NCBI GenBank assembly: GCA_964551495.1
Contig: CAZKCA010000004.1
Span: forward strand, 15,439 to 79,438
Source: an uncultured Candidatus Saccharibacteria bacterium
GTDB lineage: Bacteria; Patescibacteriota; Minisyncoccia; Phycocordibacterales; DATDWN01
Direction of reading: 5' to 3'
DNA: 64,000 bases
Position numbers and translations under genes: made by a program. Every line of letters begins with the position of its first letter. The stretch's first letter is position 1. Positions 1 to 9,352 of this stretch are shown here, one piece after another. The notes beneath the pieces are model-generated. The model ran no database searches and was not told where the DNA came from. It was given only the letters and a program-made list of their open reading frames with translations.

Positions 1-994
1 TGGTTAATCTCTTAAATCCATCTTCATCATAAGGAAACCTCATCGATTCTATGAGTAGATCTAAAGAAACTGTTGCCAATGATATTGTTGTATCAGTTGA
101 ACCATAATAAATATATAGATCTTTATTTTTAATAATTGCACCACTTGGAAATATAGTATTTGGAACAGTTCCATATATTTCATATTGTTCTTCTGGAACC
201 AAAATAGGACCTCTTGTTTTACCTATAACTTTTAATGGATTCTTAAGATCCAAAAGAAGACACTCTATACCAAATATTTTATGAGAAGATAAGTAGTTTT
301 GAATATGAGCGTAAACTAAAATCCATCCGTGTTTGGTTTTTATAGGACAAGAACCTATTTCTACATGATCACCTGGTTTTTTTGGTATATTAAGAACGTA
401 TTTTTCAAAATTTTTATACCACTTATTCCAAAATTCTTCTGACCATATTTCTTCTATTTTGTTAAACTGAGCCAAAGCAATAAAAGAAGGAGGCATATCT
501 GGATGAACAGTTAAAAGAGCCGTGTATTTACCATTTATCTTTTCCGGAAAAAGAGTCATGGCCTTTGCATTAAAAGGAGTTATGAGATGTTTTTCATCAA
601 CTTTTTTTAAATTTTTACTGATAGCCAAACCAACTCTTATTCCTTGAGCAGAAAAAGGGTGAACAGATAATGCAGTATAGAAAGTATAATATTTGGAACC
701 AATTTTAGTCACCCTAGGATCTTCGCAACCAAATCTTTCCCATTTTTCTTCTGGAAAAATAAACTGTTCTCTATTTTTAAAATTAATACCGTCACGACTA
801 GTTGCTTTACTTATAGTAGAAAGAGAAAATACATCACTCCCCACTTTTTCTGGTAAAGACTGGGCCCTATATAATATTTCTATATTAGAACCAACCAAAA
901 CAGGATTAGCATTAAACACAGCATAACCTTCAGAAGAATGACCTTTTTGTGGACCTAGTAATGGATTTTTTTGATTTCTTTTTACGACAAACAT
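1..994 (-). CDS. Glycoside hydrolase family 130 protein (beta-mannoside phosphorylase-like). Start codon at 992-994; C-terminus runs past the window start (partial).
   Basis: Own translation of the minus strand gives MFVVKRNQKNPLLGPQKGHSSEGYAVFNANPVL...GCEDPRVT...LLLDLKNP...YYGSTDT. The CEDPRV motif and overall pattern are typical of GH130 (DUF377). Not in the supplied ORF track because it runs off the window edge. Confidence 0.6.
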   Translation of the reverse strand, partial: MFVVKRNQKNPLLGPQKGHSSEGYAVFNANPVLVGSNIEILYRAQSLPEKVGSDVFSLSTISKATSRDGINFKNREQFIFPEEKWERFGCEDPRVTKIGSKYYTFYTALSVHPFSAQGIRVGLAISKNLKKVDEKHLITPFNAKAMTLFPEKINGKYTALLTVHPDMPPSFIALAQFNKIEEIWSEEFWNKWYKNFEKYVLNIPKKPGDHVEIGSCPIKTKHGWILVYAHIQNYLSSHKIFGIECLLLDLKNPLKVIGKTRGPILVPEEQYEIYGTVPNTIFPSGAIIKNKDLYIYYGSTDTTISLATVSLDLLIESMRFPYDEDGFKRLT

Positions 995-1001
995 TTTTGT
1001 A

Positions 1002-2885
1002 TTATATCATTCTTTCAGAAACTTTTTTTAAACTATAAGTTTCTTCTGGCTCATTAACTAAATAATTTAATAAATCATGTAACTTTGTTGTTGCTACACA
1101 AATAACCTTATCTCCTCCTCCGTAGTATATATACAGATCATCATCTTTTATTGTTGCCCCAGAATTATAAACAACACCAGGTTTGCCATCATTTTCATAA
1201 TGCATATCAGGAGAAAGAATTGGTCTAGGTGATCTATGGAGAATTTTTGTTGGATCTTCTAAGTCAAGAATCATAGCACCTAGCTTATACTTATTTGGAT
1301 CAAACTTATCCATAGCATGATAAAACAAAAGCCAACCTAAAGAAGTTTTAAGAGGAGGAGGTCCGGCTCCACGCATTTTGTTATCCCAGTATTTTTCCCT
1401 TCCACCTTTAGGAGGAGAACTTTTTATATATTTTGTTCCATCAAATTCATCTAGATTATCCACATAGTCAACAAGTATTTTTGGAGAAATTCCATGAAGT
1501 ATCGCATACTTACCATTTATTTTCTCAGGAAACAAAACCCAATTCTTATGAACTTCACCTGGAGGAGATATTAAAACAGGTTTTTTCCATCTCCAATTTC
1601 CTTTTTTAAAATCCTCATTACTTATTGAAGTAATGGCTATCCTAACAGAATACCAACCCTCAAAAGCCACATAAATCATATAGATCCTATCCCCTATTTT
1701 TACCGCTCTTGGATCTTCAGCTCCGGCCCAGCCCCCACCAGAAGTATAATATGCTGGATGATATCCGATAGGACCTTTATATATTTTTCTATCAGGCAAA
1801 CCAAAACCCAAAGATGGTTCAAAAACTGGATAATCTAATCTTTTTGCAAAAGATACCCCATCTAAACTTTGAGCATAACCAACCCTAGATATACCATCTC
1901 CCCCCATGGCTCTATATAAAACATGAATAACTCCTTCCTCATCTGAAAAAACAGCTGGATTAAAGACAGCTTCTGACTCCCATTCATTATCAGGATGTGG
2001 TTGCATTATTGGGTTTAAGATACATCTCTTTAAAACTTCAGCTGTCTTAATGTGAGGAATTAAAACATCTCTAAATATTATAGGTACGGATACAACAATT
2101 AAAGAAGAGTTGTCCAAAAGCCAATAAGCGTTTATTTTCTGATTTGAAATTACTATACCCAAACAAACAAGTTTAGAATTTTTATTTGAGGTTTCTATTA
2201 TTGATTGAATTACTGGATCATCCCCTCTCCAAAGGAGCCTTTTATCGTTATCTTTGTCAATCAATACGGCCCCCATCTGTAACAAAACTTTATTTTTATT
2301 ATGTAAAGATGAATCATAAAATAATAATGTGCCTCTCTCTGTTTTAAATCCACCTACTATACTTATCGGATCTTCATCAAACTTACCTCCTCTTGAAGTA
2401 AACAACAAAACAGGGTTGGTTTTCCATTTAGATATGGAATCAGATATATTTACTTTAACAAAAAGCCCGTCTCTCCATAATTCATATTTATCTAAATGTT
2501 CGTTGTAAGTAAGACTGGACCTGGCTGAATCCAAAGCTTCAATTTCTGATTTATAGGACCACAAATAACCATCTTTTGAGTGGCAAACTATTATTTTTTT
2601 ATCTTTTTTATCTTCTTTTATATAGGTTAAAACAAAACCTTTAGATGTAGAAGAAATAGAAAAATTATAACAGTGTGATAATTTTTCTTCTTTTTTATTT
2701 TTATCTAGTATTGAAACTTTTTTTGTATCAGGATAAAAATTTAGACCATCTTTGCTTATAGACAAAAATAAACTCTCTTTTGTCTTAAGTTTATTTTTAG
2801 ATAACATCGCCGAGCACTCTCCAAAATTAAATACAGCTAATGGCTCTCCTGTTATTTTTTTAGACTTGGCGATATTTTTTTTCAT
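1002..2885 (-). CDS. Two-domain GH130-family glycosidase/phosphorylase. The C-terminal ~350 aa is a GH130 domain; the N-terminal ~270 aa is an extra domain.
   Basis: GWAGAEDPRAVKIGDRIYMIYVA and YRAMGGDGISRVGYAQSLDGVSF are characteristic GH130 motifs. A paralog lies immediately upstream (1-994). Confidence 0.6.
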   Translation of the reverse strand: MKKNIAKSKKITGEPLAVFNFGECSAMLSKNKLKTKESLFLSISKDGLNFYPDTKKVSILDKNKKEEKLSHCYNFSISSTSKGFVLTYIKEDKKDKKIIVCHSKDGYLWSYKSEIEALDSARSSLTYNEHLDKYELWRDGLFVKVNISDSISKWKTNPVLLFTSRGGKFDEDPISIVGGFKTERGTLLFYDSSLHNKNKVLLQMGAVLIDKDNDKRLLWRGDDPVIQSIIETSNKNSKLVCLGIVISNQKINAYWLLDNSSLIVVSVPIIFRDVLIPHIKTAEVLKRCILNPIMQPHPDNEWESEAVFNPAVFSDEEGVIHVLYRAMGGDGISRVGYAQSLDGVSFAKRLDYPVFEPSLGFGLPDRKIYKGPIGYHPAYYTSGGGWAGAEDPRAVKIGDRIYMIYVAFEGWYSVRIAITSISNEDFKKGNWRWKKPVLISPPGEVHKNWVLFPEKINGKYAILHGISPKILVDYVDNLDEFDGTKYIKSSPPKGGREKYWDNKMRGAGPPPLKTSLGWLLFYHAMDKFDPNKYKLGAMILDLEDPTKILHRSPRPILSPDMHYENDGKPGVVYNSGATIKDDDLYIYYGGGDKVICVATTKLHDLLNYLVNEPEETYSLKKVSERMI

Positions 2886-3232
2886 GATACTCTATTGTAC
2901 TTATCTTCTATTCTAATTATATCATTCTCATCAAAATCACCTTTGGAAATTTCTAGAATAACAACATCGTCGTTGGGAGCACTTATTCTATGGTTAACAC
3001 CTTTGGGGACAATAAAATCTTGACCTGCGCTGGCAGTAATTTTATCTTGACCTATTGTAATCTCAGGGTTACCAAGAATAACTCTCCAAAACTCTTCTCT
3101 ATTTTGATGATATTGAAGACTTAAAACTTCACCTTTATTTACATAAATTAATTTGACAGTAGATAGTTCATTGTGTGTAAACATATCAAATGAACCCCAA
3201 GGTCTATCCTCGTGTACAGTATTCATAATCAT
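2882..3232 (-). CDS. Cupin-domain protein, mannose-6-phosphate isomerase (type II C-terminal domain)-like.
   Basis: DRPWGSFD...YHQNREEFWRVILG...HRISAP. The RPWG cupin signature matches the ManC/PMI cupin. Confidence 0.55.
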   Translation of the reverse strand: MIMNTVHEDRPWGSFDMFTHNELSTVKLIYVNKGEVLSLQYHQNREEFWRVILGNPEITIGQDKITASAGQDFIVPKGVNHRISAPNDDVVILEISKGDFDENDIIRIEDKYNRVS

Positions 3233-3289
3233 ATTGTATCATAACAAAACAAGCACAAATAATAGCTTTTTTAGTGACTGTGTATAACT

Positions 3290-4042
3290 CTATATATATC
3301 TAGAAATCTCCTTCGCTGTCTCTTCTGGACCACTAACTGAAATAGTCAAAACACCAGTTCGCTTGACGCTCTCATCATTACCACCAGGAAATAAAGCGTC
3401 TCCAAAAAAGACAATGTCTTCCGTTTTACACTCCAAAACTTCTATTATTTTACCGATAGCATAAGCTTTATCTATACCTTTAGGAGTTATATCTATAGAA
3501 GTTGTTCCTCCTATTTTTATTTCAAAGTCAGAAAGCTCATCTTTAATCTGATTTACAATTTTTTGACGTTTAGAGTTATCTTTATCCCAAAGCTCTTTAA
3601 CTTCTAGTGGAGCCTTCTGCCCACAACCAGAAAAAGTTATTTGACCTCCCCTGTCTTCTATAATATCCCCAAAAGAATTAGATACATCTATACCCAAAGT
3701 ATCTAGTGCCCTGTTTAAACTATTAATTATTCTTTCTTTATCTTCTTCTTTTAGTTTTTCTTCATAAATAACCACCCAAGCATCAGCATCTTTGCTATAT
3801 CCATAACAAGCCGTTCCATTAGTTGGAAATATAAATAAATTTTCCTTCCTATCTGAGCTACATTTTATCTGAGAAAGAAATTGACTTTTAAATTGACCAA
3901 AAGCCGCTCCAGAAATAACAGCAAAACGATTTTTTTCTAAAACCTTACAAATAATTTCTGCCATCTCTTTAGATAAATTAGCCTTACTTAATGCTAATGT
4001 TCCATCTAAATCACAGACAATAACTTTATTAAAATCAGACAT
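3290..4042 (-). CDS. HAD-superfamily IIB hydrolase (phosphomannomutase/sugar-phosphatase-like).
   Basis: N-terminal VIVCDLDGTL (DxDGT nucleophile motif) and C-terminal FFGDALFPGGNDES (HAD motif IV). Confidence 0.5.
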   Translation of the reverse strand: MSDFNKVIVCDLDGTLALSKANLSKEMAEIICKVLEKNRFAVISGAAFGQFKSQFLSQIKCSSDRKENLFIFPTNGTACYGYSKDADAWVVIYEEKLKEEDKERIINSLNRALDTLGIDVSNSFGDIIEDRGGQITFSGCGQKAPLEVKELWDKDNSKRQKIVNQIKDELSDFEIKIGGTTSIDITPKGIDKAYAIGKIIEVLECKTEDIVFFGDALFPGGNDESVKRTGVLTISVSGPEETAKEISRYI

Positions 4043-4056
4043 ATTTTTATATTATA

Positions 4057-5178
4057 TCAGATAACATCTACACCTACGGCATCACTTATATTCCTAAAAC
4101 GATCTCTTTTTAATAAATACGAAAGATCTTTGTTTATTTGACCAACATTTTGCGGACCTTCATATATAAGTCCAGTTATCATTTGAACCAAAGATGCTCC
4201 CATTCTAATTTTTTTATAAGCGTCCTCAGCTGAAAACACTCCTCCACAACCTATCAACACAAATCTTTTTGGATATCTTCTGTATATATACGATATAAAA
4301 TCATCTGACTTGTCTTGAACAATCTTACCGCTCATACCACCAACAGGAGGAAGTATATCTTCGACTATTTTAGGATTATCCCTTTTTTTAGTTAGGTTTG
4401 TAGATATTATACCGTCTATTTTATGTTGGTCTGCTATATCCAATATTCTATTTAAATCATCTAAAGACATATCTGGAGATAATTTCAAAAATATTGGTTT
4501 TTTTGTATTTATTTGATCTATTTCAAATAAAAGTTTTTCTAGATTTTCTGGGACCGAAAAAGGTTGTCCTCCTTCTGCATTTGGACAACTTATATTTATA
4601 GTAAAATAATGCCCAATATCTACAAACGCAATAAATGCTTTTTTGTAATCTTGTACAGCATTTGTCAGATCTAAATTTTCTTTACAATTGGTCATTGCAA
4701 TACTTGTTCCAACTGGAATTACAAATTTTTTATTTCTTAAAAAATTTGAGATATACTCTGAACCTTTATTTTTTAAACCATAATAGACCACTAAAGCTTC
4801 TGATTTTGGTAGTCTCCATAATCTTGGTTTTGGATTGCCTTCACAATAATTTCCAGTAATAGAACCGACTTCAACAAATCCAAAACCAACATATGGCATA
4901 ATTTCTGTTAAAACCGCATCCTTATCGAATCCAGCGGCTAAACCTATTGGATTTTCAAAATTAATACCTAATATGTTTTGACTTAAAACACTACTCTTAT
5001 AATTAAAACTTAAACTAGTCAAAAATCTAAAAATAGAATAGCGACCCAAAAACACGCCAATCCTAACCATAAAATCATGGACTTTTTCAGGATCATTAAT
5101 AAAAAAAATAGGCTTTAATATATATTTATAACAAAACCTAAAAAAATTATTTCTTAATTGGATAATATAGTCCAACAT
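4057..5178 (-). CDS. pyrD: Dihydroorotate dehydrogenase (quinone), class 2, membrane-anchored.
   Basis: FENPIGLAAGFDKD, NISCPN, GIISTNLT, GGMSGK, IGCGGVFSAEDAYKKIRMGASLVQ, and an N-terminal hydrophobic helix. Confidence 0.8.
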   Translation of the reverse strand: MLDYIIQLRNNFFRFCYKYILKPIFFINDPEKVHDFMVRIGVFLGRYSIFRFLTSLSFNYKSSVLSQNILGINFENPIGLAAGFDKDAVLTEIMPYVGFGFVEVGSITGNYCEGNPKPRLWRLPKSEALVVYYGLKNKGSEYISNFLRNKKFVIPVGTSIAMTNCKENLDLTNAVQDYKKAFIAFVDIGHYFTINISCPNAEGGQPFSVPENLEKLLFEIDQINTKKPIFLKLSPDMSLDDLNRILDIADQHKIDGIISTNLTKKRDNPKIVEDILPPVGGMSGKIVQDKSDDFISYIYRRYPKRFVLIGCGGVFSAEDAYKKIRMGASLVQMITGLIYEGPQNVGQINKDLSYLLKRDRFRNISDAVGVDVI

Positions 5179-5209
5179 TAACTTTATTATACACCTAAAT
5201 TGTAGGAAA

Positions 5210-6310
5210 TTAATGGTGGTGACCTTGGTGCATACTTATTTCGTTTGGTTTTATAAACATTACAGCTAAAAAGGTAGTTATTGGAACCGTCAGAATTAAC
5301 CCTATACTACCAACAATAGTTCTTACGATTTCAGTAGAAAATACCTCACTATTTATTATCTTTAATATACTTGTATCAGATTGAGATATTAAAAGAAGTA
5401 GTGGCAAAGAAACACTTGTATATGCTAACACTAATGTATTAACCAAAGAGCTTGTATGATCTTTCCCAACTTTTATAGCCTTAAGATATAAATCCTTTTT
5501 AGACAAATTGGAATTAGCTGATTTAAGTTCTCCTACAACAGAAACTTGGGTTACAGCTATATCATCCAAAACACCCAAAACACCTATAATAATTGCTCCC
5601 AAAAGTAAGCCTTGAAAATCTAAAGTTCCTCCTGTATTAAAGTTTAAAAAAACAGCTTCATCAGAAAAAAATCCCGTTAATTTAGTAAAACTAATAGCAA
5701 AATTGGCTAAAAATCCTGTAAATAAAACAGCAATTACGGTTCCACCAAATGCAACCGATGAGTGTTTATTAAATCCATGAGTAAAATATATTGCAAAAAA
5801 TAAAATTAGCGCACCAATAAAAATACTTGTCCAAACTGGATTGTATCCCTTTATAACAAGCGGTAAAAGAACATAAATTATAACTACAAAACTGGCGATA
5901 AGGGATAGAATAGACCTGACTCCTTGCAAACCACTAAATAAAACAACAACCAAAACAAATAAAGCAACTATAAATAATATAGGATTTTGTCGATCTATAT
6001 CTCTTATGGAGTAAAGTTCTGTTCCGTTTGGAGTAGAAATATAACTAAAAAAGAACCTGTCTCCAACATTTAAATCAAAAAGATCATTCTCTATTTCTAT
6101 AATTTGACCTTTTTTAGACCCTTCTAAAACTTCAGCTTTTAAATACTGAATACTAGAAATAGCTCCTGTCCCAGGAATAACTCTTTGTTCTTCGGAAATA
6201 ACTCCAACCACTTCTGCTCTTATTATTTCTGATAAATTACTATCTAACTCCTGACCAAATGATAAAATTGGATGAAGCAAAAATACCAATAATATAAGAA
6301 TTTTTTTCAT
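5210..6310 (-). CDS. YibE/F-like polytopic membrane protein.
   Basis: Signal peptide plus ~100-aa extracytoplasmic segment, followed by about 8 TM helices. Family call from overall architecture only. Confidence 0.4.
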   Translation of the reverse strand: MKKILILLVFLLHPILSFGQELDSNLSEIIRAEVVGVISEEQRVIPGTGAISSIQYLKAEVLEGSKKGQIIEIENDLFDLNVGDRFFFSYISTPNGTELYSIRDIDRQNPILFIVALFVLVVVLFSGLQGVRSILSLIASFVVIIYVLLPLVIKGYNPVWTSIFIGALILFFAIYFTHGFNKHSSVAFGGTVIAVLFTGFLANFAISFTKLTGFFSDEAVFLNFNTGGTLDFQGLLLGAIIIGVLGVLDDIAVTQVSVVGELKSANSNLSKKDLYLKAIKVGKDHTSSLVNTLVLAYTSVSLPLLLLISQSDTSILKIINSEVFSTEIVRTIVGSIGLILTVPITTFLAVMFIKPNEISMHQGHHH

Positions 6311-6325
6311 TATAAATCTATGAAT

Positions 6326-6829
6326 TTAAGCTTCTATAAATTCAACTCCAGAAGGAAGAGTAAACACAGAAGGATCTACTACCCAACCCTTACATGTATA
6401 ATCCAAATTCTGACCATAATCAAAAGATTGTGAAGTATTTTCTTCGGCTCCACCTTTTTCTACTGGAACTTTATAACCCTGGGAAGTCATATCAGTCCAT
6501 GTATATACAGAAGCTCCATCACTTATCATATAACTCTTTATAACCATATTAGCCACAGCAACATTTGAGGTAAAATTTCCTCTAATTTTTTCATCGGTAA
6601 TATAAACCACACCATTTGATGTGCCAACACCGGTGGTATGTGAAAAAGTACACTCATAATTACCTCCCCTTTTGGCCAAATCCAAGATAGAACTATTAAT
6701 TTTTTCTTCAGTAGTAGTGTCTACAAATTCATTACTATTTGTCTCTACCAATTTATCAGATTTATTAAAATAATAAATACCTAAAGAGGTTAAAATAATA
6801 ATAACAACAGTAATAATACCTATTTTCAT
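6326..6829 (-). CDS. Hypothetical membrane-anchored secreted protein.
   Basis: ORF with N-terminal TM helix (IITVVIIILTSLGIYYF); no recognisable motifs. Confidence 0.45.
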   Translation of the reverse strand: MKIGIITVVIIILTSLGIYYFNKSDKLVETNSNEFVDTTTEEKINSSILDLAKRGGNYECTFSHTTGVGTSNGVVYITDEKIRGNFTSNVAVANMVIKSYMISDGASVYTWTDMTSQGYKVPVEKGGAEENTSQSFDYGQNLDYTCKGWVVDPSVFTLPSGVEFIEA

Positions 6830-6875
6830 TTTCTATAAATTTAAAATTATAATGCTTGAAATTATACCAAAATTA

Positions 6876-7394
6876 TTAATTATCGAAAAACACAGGCATA
6901 GATACAGAGTCAGCATTTTCAGGTAAACCAGATGGATTATCTTTTTCAAAAACCAAATATCCTATATCGCCTACAGAATTTTGAAAATTGATAGTTACAC
7001 TAAAAGGAACATAGTCCTCTGTCATCCAATCTCCTTCGGCTTGAGCTATACCTACCGCTATCTCATTTCCATCTTCATCCAAAAGCCTTACAGGGAAACT
7101 TGCTTCAAAAAACCAATAACCTCTTGCTTGTCCTTTAATAACCAAAGGAGAAGATATTAAGTTACCTGATTTTGGAGATGTCACTCTTAATAAATCTTTG
7201 TATTGAAAATCTCCAATCTCCTCTACAAATAAGTTACCGTTGTCACTACATTGTCTAGGATAAGATTCCATTACAGGATTCCCTTTTTGGACACACTCCT
7301 CAAAATTAGTAGCTAATTTTGAATCTTTATTCATCCAAAAATAAGCAACACCAATTAATACCAATAATAAGATTAAATATAATATTTTTTTCAT
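6876..7394 (-). CDS. Secreted Ig-like (Gmad2/GerMN-like) domain protein.
   Basis: N-terminal TM/signal. LLRVTSPKSGNLISSPLVIKGQARGYWFFEASFPVRLLDEDGNEI resembles the Gmad2 Ig-like domain. Confidence 0.4.
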   Translation of the reverse strand: MKKILYLILLLVLIGVAYFWMNKDSKLATNFEECVQKGNPVMESYPRQCSDNGNLFVEEIGDFQYKDLLRVTSPKSGNLISSPLVIKGQARGYWFFEASFPVRLLDEDGNEIAVGIAQAEGDWMTEDYVPFSVTINFQNSVGDIGYLVFEKDNPSGLPENADSVSMPVFFDN

Positions 7395-7407
7395 CTTTCT
7401 ATTTTAA

Positions 7408-8148
7408 TTATTTTTTGTTAAAACCCTCCAGAGCTTTCAATATTTCCAACGGTATCATATAAACCACCGTATTACTTTGATCTGATGACATATCATTCAC
7501 AGATTGTAAGGTTCTAAGATGTAGTGCTCCAGGAGTTTTTGCTAACATTTCAGCAGCCTTAGCTAGATTTTGTGAAGCAGCTAGTTCTCCTTCAGAGTTA
7601 ATTATAACAGCTCTTTTCTCTCTTTCGGCTTCGGCTTGTTTACCTATGGTTCTTTCAAGATCAGGAGGAAGACTTACATCTTTTAATTCAACATTAGAAA
7701 CCTTAAGACCCCAAGCATCTGTCTCTTGATCAACTATCTGTCTAATTCTATCAGCAATTTTATCTCTACTTGAAAGTAATTCATCAAGAGTTACCTCACC
7801 CACTATATTTCTCATTGTTGTTTGGGTATACTGAGATATAGCATATCTAAAATCTTCTACCTCTATAATCGCTTTTTCTGCTTCAGAAACTTTGTAATAA
7901 ATAACAGCATTTACCCTAACTGAAACATTATCTCTTGTGATAGCATTTTGATCTGGAACATCCACTGCCTTAACTCTTATATCAACCTTTTGATATGTCT
8001 GAAAAACTGGCCAAACAATTCTCCAGCCAGGATTCATAACACTACTAAATTTACCGAAGGTAAATTTAACTCCTCTCTCATATTGATTTACTTGTTTTAT
8101 ACTAGACAAAACAAGTAATATAAAAAATGTAAATATTATATATGGCAT
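7408..8148 (-). CDS. SPFH/band-7 (stomatin/prohibitin-like) membrane protein.
   Basis: N-terminal TM, QYERGVKFTFGKF...RVNAVIYYKV band-7 core, and a C-terminal coiled-coil AEAEREKRA. Confidence 0.75.
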   Translation of the reverse strand: MPYIIFTFFILLVLSSIKQVNQYERGVKFTFGKFSSVMNPGWRIVWPVFQTYQKVDIRVKAVDVPDQNAITRDNVSVRVNAVIYYKVSEAEKAIIEVEDFRYAISQYTQTTMRNIVGEVTLDELLSSRDKIADRIRQIVDQETDAWGLKVSNVELKDVSLPPDLERTIGKQAEAEREKRAVIINSEGELAASQNLAKAAEMLAKTPGALHLRTLQSVNDMSSDQSNTVVYMIPLEILKALEGFNKK

Positions 8149-8152
8149 AGAT

Positions 8153-9352
8153 TTAATTTATATTATTAATAGACTTTCTTCTGCTATATAAATATAACAA
8201 TATAATACAAACAAGTAAAAAACCTAAGAAATATAGCCAGTATTTTTGCACAAAATCCATTACATTAGGAGGATTTATATCTATACCTACTTCCCTTATG
8301 TTTCCAGCATTATCAAAAGCTCTAACTATTACATGCAATTTTGATCCAGTTTTTATCGGAACCTGAAAAGGACTTTCTGATTCAACAAAAACAGGAGAGA
8401 CCGTAAGTGGTTCTGTTTTATCAATTATTCCAACTTCGTATCTATTTATGCCTGATAAATTATCCGTAGTAAAAAATGATACCAATACCCTCTCTACTAC
8501 TATAGTACTTGCCAATAAATAATTTACCTCTGGCTCAAACATAGCAGGAGGATTTGTATCTATTTTTATAATATAGGAACCGGTCTGTCCCCATATTCCA
8601 TTTTTATTTGATTTTATATGAAAATACCAAACACCATCCTCTAAATCTTGAAATTGAATAGTTGTATCTTCTGTATCAACTGTGTTATCAGGAATTGTAT
8701 TTGGTTGATTGTCTAGCACATAACTAAATCCAGAAACCCCTCCCTCTTTCTCCCATGATAATATTGGATTATTATTCTTAGACCAATCACCTTCTACAGG
8801 ATGAGTTTCAGAAAAAATATTAACTCCAATAGGTGGCTTAGATACAATAAAATAATCTGATCTGCCTAAATTTACCCTTGCTTCACTACCTAAACCATCG
8901 TTCAACAAAACCTTTGATCCTGAATCTATATAAACTGAAGCCTTTCCTGTTGACTTTGCTTTAAAAGTAATTACCCCCACCAAACCTGAAGAAGTTTTTA
9001 TACCCCCAGGAATAACACCAACATAACTTGCTGTACCTAGTGTATTGTTAAAAACAGGTGGTTCTACCCACACACCAATAATTGAGGTTCCCCCAGAAGG
9101 TTTTACTATAGACAACTTATTTGGATCAAATTTTATTTTTATTTCTACACCATTCACACTCTGATCTTTGGTATCAATTAAAATAGGAACCTCGAAGGTT
9201 GATTCTTGAACAAAAGAACCGCTAGATGGAGATAGAGATAGTGTAACTTTAGGTACTAAGTTGTCTGCATCTATATCAATAGTTTGAGCAAAAGAAACAT
9301 CATTAAAAACTAATGAGCAAAAAACGATTATTAATAAAATTAATTTTTTCAT
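8153..9352 (-). CDS. Cell-surface protein with cohesin-like domain and C-terminal TM anchor.
   Basis: Signal peptide. The ~140-aa block KVTLSLSPSSGSF...VNGVEIKIKFDPNKLSI...GVIPGGIKTSSGLVGVITFKAK...LLNDGLGSE has a cohesin-like pattern. C-terminal helix YWLYFLGFLLVCIILLYLYSRRK. Paralogous to the next two genes. Confidence 0.4.
   Translation of the reverse strand: MKKLILLIIVFCSLVFNDVSFAQTIDIDADNLVPKVTLSLSPSSGSFVQESTFEVPILIDTKDQSVNGVEIKIKFDPNKLSIVKPSGGTSIIGVWVEPPVFNNTLGTASYVGVIPGGIKTSSGLVGVITFKAKSTGKASVYIDSGSKVLLNDGLGSEARVNLGRSDYFIVSKPPIGVNIFSETHPVEGDWSKNNNPILSWEKEGGVSGFSYVLDNQPNTIPDNTVDTEDTTIQFQDLEDGVWYFHIKSNKNGIWGQTGSYIIKIDTNPPAMFEPEVNYLLASTIVVERVLVSFFTTDNLSGINRYEVGIIDKTEPLTVSPVFVESESPFQVPIKTGSKLHVIVRAFDNAGNIREVGIDINPPNVMDFVQKYWLYFLGFLLVCIILLYLYSRRKSINNIN

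Noticed and set aside
693-926. Plus-strand ORF of 77 aa inside the first GH130 gene.
   Set aside because: Lies entirely antisense to a well-supported minus-strand GH130 coding region. Low-complexity translation.
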